Source: Takakia lepidozioides | Taxonomy: Eukaryota > Plantae > Bryophyta | Assembly (NCBI GenBank): GCA_030704615.1 | Contig: CM060734.1 | Location: 24,986,001-25,050,000, forward strand | Reading direction: 5' to 3' | DNA: 64,000 nt | Shown: positions 37,057-48,009 of the stretch, one piece after another | Position numbering within the stretch: position 1 is the stretch's first letter | Layout: each line of letters opens with the position of its first letter | The notes under the pieces: model-generated | What the model saw: the letters and a program-made list of their open reading frames with translations, nothing else | The model's database searches: none | Told to the model about the DNA's origin: nothing | Position numbers and translations under genes: made by a program

Positions 37057-40000
37057 GGCCACCAGGTTCCGCCCACTTATTGTTGCCGCAAGCATGGAGT
37101 TCCCTGTCCCTGCTGTTAAATCTACCACTCTCCCATTCTCTGAACTGCACGCAAGTAGGATAGTCTGGTAGAATGCAGGTGACTTCTCCAGCGAACCTCA
37201 ATATGATATGTCACCATTTCTCGTCAAATGCTTCGACTCTGTATTGTTGAATAGCAGATCATGATGCACGGGATCCACATCCATGTCTACTTCCATCGAT
37301 TCGCTGCGTAGACTAAATTCTGCTTTCTCCTTCTCCAGGCAAAATGCAAAGAAAACTCTCGTCTGTGAACGGAACTGAATGTCAGTGAGGTGAAACAAAC
37401 ATCCCTTTGTTGTCCTGCAAAAAAGCACATGGAACACGAGCCTGGTGGCACATATCTTACATGTTCTGTTGCATTGGCCATGAGGGGGAGGTGGTTTACG
37501 CACGTCCACTTCGTCTTCAGGACTTTGAATGGTGTCTTCATCATGGCTGTCCGAACTTCCTGCTCGGTTCTGTTGTCGCCCTTTGTGAACAACACAACAC
37601 ATCCATTGTTGTGTACGAGCTTCCCAGCCAGAGACAGAGCATACAAGATGTCATTCGTAGACTTCTCGTTCCATTTCGGGATGCCAACGCATCCTATTTC
37701 ATGCACTGGGGTGCCGTGAGGGATATCAGCCATGAGGAGGTCCACTGCACCCATTTCTGCTTCTTGTCCATTGATTTCCGCGAAATCTCCCTGCGATACA
37801 GATTTTATCTACTTGTCGAGTTGATTCTTCTCCGGGGGCCACGGACCAGTCGCCTTCGCATCGACCATTCTAACGTAATCTGCATGGATGCAGGTCACGA
37901 CAGTGGAGTACGGGATATTCTTTCCAATCTTCCTGGCCGCGAAGGGTTTTTTTTTTGCCAGGAAGAGATCTTTCTTGTTCGCAGACTGGAGCAGGAGCCG
38001 GCTGAACTGCTCCTCGGCTCCGGGGCCCCCAAGAATCCCCATTGAACTTGCATCCCCCATGGAGGCATCTGCGGTTGGCGTCGTGCTCCCTCGACTGCCT
38101 CCAACAGACGTCTTCAGGAGCCTTGCTGGCCTTGTCCTTTTTCTTTGCCCTTGCCCGACGAGCTTTGGCCTTTGCTTCCTTCTGAATCACTTGCTACTCA
38201 TCATTTTGACGTAGGCGCTCTGCCTCAGCTGCATTTGCCAGGACTGTTGACTGCCGAGCTGCCTCCTCGGCCATTGTCTGCTCATCCAACTCAACTGATC
38301 TAGTTATCAGAGCCTGGGCGTCTTCATACTCCTTCTTCTCTTCAGCATGAAAATACCCTTCCTCCATGTCCAACCACAGGGACAATTTGCATAAACGTGG
38401 CCCTTATACATACTCAGTTGCTCATCGTTGTAAATAGTTGTCCCCAGCAAATCGCTTACCCAAGATAGCATAATAGCAGGAGTTGACAGCATCAACTTCT
38501 TCTCTCCATGGAGGTACCTGTGGATGTACCTGTTCGGTAGAAGGATGTGGGATTAGTTAGAGAAACATGTCTCGAATCAACGTTATTTCACTGAATGATT
38601 GGGCATTCCAAATAAATTACATAAAACACATTCGTTTTGAAGGCCGAAGACCTCCTGGTTGGTTTGTCAGTTGCACACTCCGGCGCATGCCGTCCTGGTA
38701 TTCCACGTCGAACAAGCGATTCCAGTAATTCAATTTCTAGACGTTTAAGTACGATGGGAGGTCTTACGCCTTCCCTGCAATGTCAGGGAGGTTTATGCTC
38801 CCATTATCCTGCAACTGTTCTAGCTGCCTCTGCGCCTCCTCGATATTCTGCACACACGCAGGCAACTTCTGAGGATTGTTGTTCGGAGCCGAACCTTAAT
38901 CCGCAGAGCAAATTTAGGTTCAAAGGAAACAAAGCAAGCATATGAATTCGACTTCCACAATATTCTGTAAGGAGACTAGCTGGCGTTCAGGCTGGCTGTT
39001 CGTTGCCGAACCTTCAACGCAAATCTAGAAAGTAAAATTGAATACAAGCATGAGGATGAATATCACCTGATACCACCATGTAGCCTTGTCACAGAATGTT
39101 GCAATGGCCTTGTCTGTTGGAGCGAGTGGAAAATGGTTTGACTTTCGGGAATTGCTATCCGAATTCCAAATCCTCAACCACCTGCATTTCTACGGGCCTG
39201 GAACCGCACTTGATGCAACCTGCTGCAGATTCTCGAGCTGCATCACCGTCTCTCTTGGCCTTGCATTTCTCATAGACAAGCAGGACTCAAGGGGTGTCTA
39301 TGCAGTCTTTCTGAAGAAATACAGATGCTGATTCAGATTGTTGTGCACCCGTGCTTTCTGAGTTACCCTGCACACCCATGGAGTTGGCAGTTTAGGGTTA
39401 CCCTATTTCGAATGCAATGCTACTCTGAGAATCTGAAAACAGTGTTCGTTGCAAAATAGCGGAGTGGGTAAGCAGGTTCAGAGTGTGAAACACACATTCA
39501 TTCGCCTCATGGCCCAGAAAACCAACCCCATGTCCTTCTTCTTTATATCAAGCACGTAAGCCTTCACTCGGATGTGCCAATCCGCACCATTTTTGCGCTT
39601 CTTGCTGATAACATCCGTCCAGGCATACCATCTGTGGTTGCCATCATAGATGAACAAGTATTTTCCCTTGAGCCAATGCCAATCTGGCCTCGTATCAAGC
39701 TCTTGCTCAAATTGGGCATTGACGATCTTCCAATGCGAGTCCCACGCTGATCTATCACTGTCTGTAACAAGACTCTCCTCACCGTTGTCGTTAACAGGTG
39801 CCAAAAGGAAGCCTGCCAAATAATCACTGCACCCATCCTGTTCGAAGTATCCTTTGAGCATGGCCACACCATTCTTATCCGGAAGCCTGATTGCTGGCAG
39901 GGGTTTCATGCGGCAAAGAGGAACATAAGGAGGAAGAGACAGATACATCAAGTGACGAATGGAAGTGAATGTGTGCTTCTGGGCCCCGGCCTCTAGAGCT

Positions 40001-40424
40001 CTCTCCACTTGAGCCTGCATCGACTCTGAAAAAGACATGTCGCCCACATTTGCCACCACATCTTCTCTTCGTTTCGTCCTGAGTTCTAACATGTTGAGGG
40101 GGGGGATCCTATCGGACACCCATTTCTTCCCGATCTCAGTCAAGTGCAAGGGGTCCCCGATCTCTGGAATAAACAGAGGGTTCTTTGAGCAGATTGAGCC
40201 TCTCCAAACGACGTGCTTAGTTTCAGTAACTTTTTGGGAGTGACCGGCGAGGTCATCTGCATCTCCTCTTCCTCTTCGTCTTCATCAATGGGGTCATCTC
40301 GGATTCCCTTCCCAGTCTCAACCTCCGGCAACCTTGTCGGGGTTGCATCGCCATCGTTTCCCACTGACCCGCTACGGCCTTGCGTACTTGCGGCGCTCTT
40401 CTGCGCTCTCGTTTTTGTAGTCAT
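37057..40424 (-). pseudogene. ParB/Srx-like domain fused to a beta-class N6A/N4C DNA methyltransferase domain (intron-containing)
   Basis: ParB part: VPLCRMK..PAIR..VAMLKGYFEQDG..YDGNHR (39631-39645)..AMRRMN. MTase part: TCIHADYVRM..AVDLLMADIPHG (DIPH 37716-37727)..PKWNE..LAGKLVHNNGCVVLF, intron 37460-37363, then EKSPAFYQTILLACSSENGRVVDLTAGTGNSMLAATISGRNLVA (motif I 37102-37122). In-frame TGA at 37198-37200 and frameshifts. Confidence 0.85.
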
Positions 40425-43400
40425 ACGTCAGAATGAAACGACAATCACAGTAGTGGAGCCTAAGATCTAGAGAGGGAGAAAGAGAGAAAACCTCGAGGAA
40501 AAGAACTGGTGGGGGGAAAGACTCATTCAGCCTTATGGGTTTCAAATAGATGAAAACGTGTGAACCTTGTACGTTCATCGAGAAAAGAAGGTCTGGCGCT
40601 GGCCAACATCCCTCCCCAAAATGACATCTCGCACGTGCCTAAGAGTTTACCAACGTTAAAAAAATGACGAATGTAGACGGATGAAGGCGATATTCATCCG
40701 TAGGCCCGTCACGGTTTTCATCCACAGTGAAAACTCAGGCACATCCACAGTGCCTTACAATTGTCATCCACAGTCACGGTTCGTTGCCGAACATTCATCC
40801 ATCACCCGCAAGTGCGGGATGTAAACGAAATTCGGCGTGTTTCTTCCTTTATCATCCGTCGACAAAATACAAAGCCAAACATCCATCAATGTGCACTATT
40901 GTGTTTCCCAGAGTAGAAATTGCACCCAAAGATTTGGAAGTATCTTATAAACCCATATGTTGAAAAAAAACCACGTAACAATTTTTTGTATGTATTCAGC
41001 ATGTGTAGAGGCAATGCAACTGACGTTCGGTGCCGAACAAACACAGAGGACAAAGAATTTTTTTACGTTGGGACTATATCAGCCGTGAAATAATGTATCT
41101 TTTCGTTTGAGTGACCGAAACCCAATTAGTGTTCGGCAACGAACACCCAGTTGGCTAAAACAAACAATGTAATTTCGTTTCAACTTTTCAAAACTTTGGC
41201 TACATCAGGAGGCAGCAGGGGTATAGCGCAGTCTGAGAATGGGATCTATCTTAACTTGCATCAGAGAATAACAACGAAACCGTTCTGCAAATATGACAAA
41301 CAAATTACATGAATGCTTGAAATATTAGGTATCATTTCGTTTGAGGCGCTGGAAACCAATGAGTGTTCAGCAACGAACACCCAGAAGGATAGATCAATCC
41401 ATCTAATTTTTTTTCACCATTTATATACTTTGGCTACATCACGAGGCAGATAGAACCCATTCTGTCAAAAACGTTCTGCAAACATGACAAAGAAATTACA
41501 TGCAGGGTTAAAAACATAAATTCGAAACTGCAAATGTTTGTAATAATTATAATCCTGAAACGTTGTTCGGTGCCGAATAGAACACCTCATGCACGAAGGG
41601 AACCTCAAAAGTCAAGTGCTGACAGCAGATTGGGCCAAATATATTCAGGATATCGAAACACATATAGGATATTTCAGTCAAAATTTTGTAAGATTCATAA
41701 AATTCGTCTACGCCGTCCGTTGCCGAACAGAAAACAACATTCAACAAGTGAAAAAGAAAATCCAATCTAGATTTAACTTCGGTTCTGAGGTGACAATATA
41801 TTGGTCCAAACTTCTAAGGAATACCCTGGCTATTCGGTGTCGAACAATAACAGAGGTATGTAGATTGCACAACACAAAGAGGTCTTATCCTTCCTAAATT
41901 TGCGTGATAATCAATCAGAGTATGTAGGCTCGACGACAGTGGCTCCCTCTTCTCCAGTAATATTGATGATTTGCAGTGGTTGCCATCTCCAGCGTGGAAC
42001 ATTGCTGGATGTCCTCTTCTGAATGTTCAATGTGCGGACATCTTCGCTCATATGCGTGAAAAGATACAGATATTCAAGCAGGCCACATGATAGTGATTCC
42101 ATCGTTCTGTCAAACTCCCGCACTTCAATGTCGTATCCATTTTCGAGGTTCAGCAAGGTGACAAGAATATTCCCGGGACCAAATGCCGGTAGCTGGAGCC
42201 CCTCCCCAGCCCTTGGAAGACAACGTACAGGGCAAAATGCGTGGGAGTACTCGTGCACCATCTCGCCGACACAGCAAATCATTCTGAAAACTTTGACATA
42301 CCGGATGGTTGTGCTGTCATTAACAACAATGACCCACTACTGACCCCGAGTTGGCATGTCCCAGTAAAGGTCCCAGAGCAAGACCCGAAAATTGAAATAG
42401 TATCTTGTGCGCTCATCGCAGTAGTCATTGAGCTCAACAACGATGTCTCCAGCTACTGGACTGTGGAGAACTTTGTCTTGCCCTTGGACTCAAAGAGGGC
42501 AATCGACATGATTACAAGCCATCTCAAGCGACTGTATGGATTCTTTACTCGGACAAAGTGCATAGATACTCATCCAGAATCCCTCTATATATGGGTTGTT
42601 CTGCTCAGAGCAGGACTCCGGATCTGCAGCGTCGCTGGATTCGCATAAAAAAATTCAACGTCTACCTTCAACGTCTACCTTGAGAATCTTCTTCTTCATG
42701 AAATCCTCATTCCAAGTCAAAGTCTGACATTGTCATGTTCTCTTCTCTACTGACATGATCTCCACTATTTCAGACTTAATGGCATTCTTTAGAGGAATAT
42801 TTGCAGTCATTACGCTTAACGGTAATTTTGATATCTGGCGAATAACGGTAATGATGTTTAACGGTATTATGCCGAATCTTTTTTTTCCATCCAGTCCGAA
42901 TAACGGTATTTTTATTCTCAGACCGGATCTCGACCGTTCGATGTTAACAGTATTGTTCCGATATTATCATCATGAACGGTACTGTGGAGATAATGATTTT
43001 AACGGTTTTGTTATCCTAGATTCTCCCCCACAAATCACTCTAGATTGTGGTAGTCAGGACACACTGACATGAGCAGGTGACATTCTCCATTGCAGTTTGA
43101 AAGCAGGACAGTCAATATACACGCACATTTGGTTCGTTCAGTGCTCCCTCGTGTCTCGGCCCAAATCCTTTCAACTATGGCTGTGGTGAGAATGGTCTAC
43201 CCTCCAAATCGTTTGGTTGCGGAAGTCGAGGCAATCCAGGGACTAGCCACTATTGACGACGAGTATTTGACAATTAGATTTAATGCTCTCCCGGGCACAG
43301 GTATTGTGGAAGAGGAAGTTCGAGACGAGTAGGAAACCGTTGTTGCCACTCGTAGGATAACAAAATCGAGCAACAACTCTTGGTGTTTGAAATGTGGGAG

Positions 43401-45665
43401 AGGGACTTACATTGTCAGAGGGCTTCCAAACAGAGACTCAGGAACAAACGAGTCCATTAACCCCCCGCTTGATGAACGGAAAGAGCGTATCACCTTGTCA
43501 GATAGCTTTGAGGAAGATTGCAGATTTTTGGGATCAACGTCGGCAGGTGCAACTGAACCACCTGCTCCCTTGGACTCTCTCAGCTCTATTGTTCACGTTC
43601 TGAAGAAGTTCCAGAATTTGCATTCCCGTGTAGACAAAGTGTTTCTCAAGCCATTTGAGAAATCTTCCTCTCGTGAAGACATTCAAAAATCCGACCTCTC
43701 GAAGATTGATTACAGCAAAATGGAATGCCAGAAAGTCTGCTTTCTTCCAGAGAAGGTGAATGGTGACGTTATGTTTGAGTTCCCACCTGTTCCATCAGGA
43801 AAGCTTGGTGCCGCTAGTCGCATGGAAGGTATGGACAGAAAGTATGATGGGCACCCTTGGTGCAAAACGAGAACAACTAACACCAAGCTATCAGGCCTCA
43901 CTCGAGGAGAATCGGTTGTGAGGTAAGTTGCAAGGATCTCCTTTTCTCCATCACTGTCTGTAGATTCCCATTCATCCTCCAAAATGTAACATATGTGTTC
44001 TTCGTTGCTTGTCTGTTGTTCAGGTATGTTCTATGCCTTGGTGCAATGGAATGTCTCTCTGGCTCGTGCCCTTACCGCAGAAGATTTCATGCTCCTAACA
44101 AGACTCTATGGACTGGAACAAGCAGCAAGCCATTCTCTGTTCAAGTGCATGTACCTAACTCAACAGTTGTGTGTGCCGTTTGCGGGATTCCACCAATGTG
44201 CACGCAAGAGTGTCCATCCAAAATGTTCTATGTTTTTGGACCAGATCATATGACAAGAGCAACTGTCCACCTTGGAAAGCACGTACACCCTTCAGCAACA
44301 TGCTTGTCAAGGGAGTCTCTCTCAAAAGTGATATCAATTATTAAGGAGGAGGTATCTCGTTCGCCGGGAGATTCACCAAATCTTATACAAATGAGAACGG
44401 CAAGGAAGATCATTGAGGATCATGTTCTATCCAAGGACGGCAAGGCACGCTGCAAGCTAGAAGATTCGGAAATGTCCCGTCTGCTTGAGGCAGTATCGCA
44501 CTTGTCGAAACCCAGTTTTAGGTACGCTGTGAGGCAGCAGAGGGAGGAGGGTGGCCACGGAGGGGATCCCTTGACCAACATTCTCAAATACAAAGAGAAG
44601 TGTGGCTATGATTACATCCATGGCAGCCGTTTCCCTGGCCAAGGAAATGAGGATGACAGGTGTTTTATGTTTAAAATGTCGACAGATTGTCCTGGCAATG
44701 GGGGTCAATCTTGTGGATCAGATGAAGATTGGAGGCGATCTGGAGAATAGCTGGATCATGTTTGACCATGTAAAACCGTGTTCCAGGATGGACGAGTCTT
44801 ACGTGCCATGTATACGAGCCTAATTGTCAGAAGTTGATGACAATTGCAATCTACGAGATAAAAGTGCAAGACACCGCTGCACAATGCTCTTCTGGGAATG
44901 CATAAACGAGCAAATGGCTCGAGCTGGCAAACGTCGACCTCATTTTCGAGGGTTTATGGCTGATGGAGTCAGAGCAAACTGGGCAGCTGTTCGCATTGTG
45001 TATGGAACAGAGGGAAATGATGTGTCACTCGTCGACAGAGAGAGAACCTATGGCTTTCACTGGGCTCAAAGTCTTCGAACAAGTACATCAAGGATAGCAT
45101 GAGGGATCAACACAAACAGCTCTGTTAGGCATGGCGCGATGCAGCAGATCTTGAAACTGGGGAAACCAACTATGCTATCTTACGAGCTTGGTGGTCCAGT
45201 TCTGGAGCCAGCCACAACGATGATTTACCTGCCTTGGAGAGCTGGTTTGCATGGTGGCGTCACTGCTACCCCCAGCTCGGGAACTACATCCGTGCGGTAA
45301 TCAAGTCATTTATTCTTTGTATGAAAGCAATAGTGTCATGTCTTTTTTCTTGCTGTTCGGCGCCGAACATCTGAATTTCCAACAAATTGTCCAGAGTGAT
45401 TCTGGAGAAGCTATAGTATCTGTTATCAGGTCTTCTCCGTCCAATTTTGGACATACATTTTCAGATTACATATATTCCAAAAATTGACTATTCGGCACCG
45501 AACATGCTTCTTTAAGTGGATGTTTAGATGCCATCTACATCCCCAATTGGGTGTTCGACGCCAAACTGCTCGCGATTGATAGGAACTCCAAATCTGAGAC
45601 TGTTCTCTGATACCATTTTGCAAATCGTCCTTAAATCGTTGTCCTCCAATGTTCGGTGCCAAACC
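38880..45665. promoter_or_regulatory. 14 dispersed copies of a 16-bp palindrome, consensus TGTTCGGNNCCGAACA (putative protein-binding site)
   Basis: Copies start at 38880, 38997, 39443, 40778, 41024, 41130, 41364, 41564, 41714, 41831, 45354 (perfect TGTTCGGCGCCGAACA), 45489, 45552 and 45650, all intronic or intergenic. Confidence 0.85.
41911..42650 (-). pseudogene. Unknown about 245-codon third ORF of copy B (two in-frame stops)
   Basis: The listed 123-aa ORF extends upstream in frame through a TAG and a TGA (..YIEGFWMSIYALCP..YYFNFRVLLWDLYWDMP..VKVFRMICCVGE..). Confidence 0.45.
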
Positions 45666-47081
45666 ATGAGTCAGTATTGCCAATGTGTGAACTAACGTTT
45701 TTGTATTTCGTGCAGAAAATGTCGTTGGATGACGATGCATACATGCCAACGACGAACATGTCCGAGGCTGCTCACTCCAGTTGGAAAGTTTCGTCCGGCA
45801 ATGGCCCAGGGAATGTTTACGATGCAACAGTGGACGACCTGACAAGAGTTGTTGTTCAGAATGCGTACTACTATGAGTTCATCAATGGAAGATTTCGTGG
45901 TGGTGGTCCAGAGAAAATAGAGAAGTTGGTGCGTGCTGCATCACGATCAAAAGATCCTGCAAAGCTTGCGGAGGCATCCAGAATATTTGTTCACGGAACA
46001 CTGCTCCACAACAGACCCGATGGCTTGGAAGGCGACAAACGCACCTCAAAAGTGAAGAGGAACCTAAGTGGGAATGAGGGACAGATTGCGGCCGAGGCAG
46101 AGAACTTGTCATGGAGATCTAATTTTAATCTTCGAACCACAGAGCGGAGACGGTCTGTCCCAATTCCCTCAGAGATCCTTATGGACGTGGATAATGACGG
46201 AGATCATCCCTTGCAGTACGGCAAGCCAGTTGTTGAGTCGAACCTCCAGTCCCTCGGTGTGTTCCGCACTACTCGTACCACTCGCACTTGCAAATCTGTT
46301 TGCCACGCAATCCACAGGAGCACGATGCAGCCTTGCAAAACAATGGTTCGAAAGACTGCTAGGAAGGAGGGGACACCCGCGCCATGCTATTTGGGAAGGT
46401 ACCATCCTCGGGCTTTTGTGAACCCAAAGGTACAGATGATGTGGTTTTGTCCCGACGACATCTTTGAGTGTGTCCACGGTGGTGTGGTTGAGAATGTGAA
46501 AGATAAACCTGGACCACCTTCAGTTTGGCCAGTGGCGGAAGGTTGTAACCTAGACCAGGATGAAGTGGATGCCTTGACTCGGGCTGGTTTTAGGCTTGTG
46601 CCCAGGGATGTTGAGCTTCATGTCCCCAGTCAGTCTCAGTCCCGAACTAGCCATGACAGCTTGGAGAACAGAGATGTTTATCCAACGAGACGTTGGGACC
46701 GGAGTTTCAAAAGGAAACGTGCAAGCAAACTTAATTTCACCAGAATGCGGAGCGCAGATATGCTTCATGCACAAGTCACGGGCTTTACAGATGTTCCTGC
46801 ACCAGGGTTTGGGAGGGTCTACACCTTGAGGACTCCCGGATCTTCTGAGAATAACATTGCGTACAATGTTACATTTGGCAAATTCCCTGAGTGCACTTGT
46901 GCGGACTTCGATTCCATGAAGAAAGCTCGAGGATCCTATACTCTCATGCAAGCATCTTTATTTCATTTTCCTTAACAGGCTTGACTGTCGTGGGGACTGG
47001 GACATGATACACCAGCCTTGTCTGACAATGAACGAGGTTTCCAAGTTGCTAATCAGGGACCCAACTCCATTGTATCTGTGA
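43177..47081 (+). pseudogene. Mutator-like transposase, copy B (GCM/WRKY-like, DD(CxxH)E, SWIM)
   Basis: GMDRKYDGHPWCKTRTTN; intron 43923-44023; CLGAMEC..CAVC..HLGKHVHP; MFDHVK, FMADGVRAN, YGFHWAQSL; intron 45297-45715; TNMSEAAHSSWK; WFCPDD; CTCADF..CKHLY. Confidence 0.87.
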
Positions 47082-47286
47082 TTATAGTTGTGTGTTGAAG
47101 TACTGTGCTTCATTTTTTATCCACAGTGTCTCATCAAATGCCTGACTATGCTTTTACATATTTCGGCATTTTCAATATTTTGGATGTGGGGATCATGCAG
47201 TAGTTTGCCCCTCACAGGACATTATTGATCTCTGTTTTTTCAGTCGAGTGCCAGTTTAGGGTGGTGGTGTGGTGTGTTGCATTGCA

Positions 47287-47380
47287 GGAAGTATGGTGCT
47301 GAAATGGCTCACAATGTGTCGACACTGAAGAGGAAAACGAAAGTGGAGCGTGTTGCACAGTGGAATGTTGCAGTAACCAG
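47287..47380 (+). pseudogene. RPL32: Captured RPL32 last coding exon fragment
   Basis: After a TGCAG acceptor it reads KYGAEMAHNVSTLKRKTKVERVAQWNVAVT, versus RPL32 YCAEIAHNVSTxKRKxIVERAAQLxVxVT. Confidence 0.8.
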
Positions 47381-48009
47381 TGGGAGAAAATCAAAGATCT
47401 GTCTCATATCTGCTGTGTTGTCTTTCTACGTTGCTTTTATCAGTCTACCTTTCCCCAAATGGCAGACATTGATTAAATCTTATCATGTGCTTTATGAGGG
47501 ATTTTCTCCAATTTGTGATGTTTGTGCAAACGACATTGATCGTTGTGCTTGGTTCAGATAAATGTTATAATGACATCCTCGTTCAACATTCATCCACTCT
47601 CATTCATGCATGATATTTCATCCACATTCATCCACAACTTTTCATCCATATTCATCCATATTCGGAGCGTGCCATCCACATTGACTCTCCTTCATCCTCA
47701 TTAATTCATCCACAACCATTTTTCTATATTCGGTCTCTGCAAACACAATCATTCAGTATAAGCTCTCTTCTGCACTTCGCCTCGTCGCCCACATATGGTT
47801 CCCCATGTGCCGAATGCGCAAGTCCGCGGCTATAGGCCCTCTTTTGCCTGTTCGGTCCGCGGTTATAGGTCCGTGCCTATGGAAATGACGTGGCTTGACG
47901 TGACGTGGCGTCAACCACGCTGGTGAGGTCTGTTGACGTGGCGTCAGACCCGTGAGCCAACGTGGCAAGAACTGCTGACGTGGTGAGTCTGGTTGCGCTC
48001 ACACGCTCA

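Larger units (their letters stand above)
37057..47990. mobile_element. MULE-like element copy B: ParB-MTase cargo gene (-), third ORF (-), GCM-DDE-SWIM transposase (+)
   Basis: Same architecture as copy A at low sequence similarity. The left end abuts the hAT end region. The right boundary is approximate (GC/TGACGTGG-rich block before the LINE). Confidence 0.8.

Noticed and set aside
37057-40424. Bacterial contamination or prophage as the source of the ParB-MTase
   Set aside because: The gene has GT-AG introns at positions shared between copies and is embedded among plant transposons.
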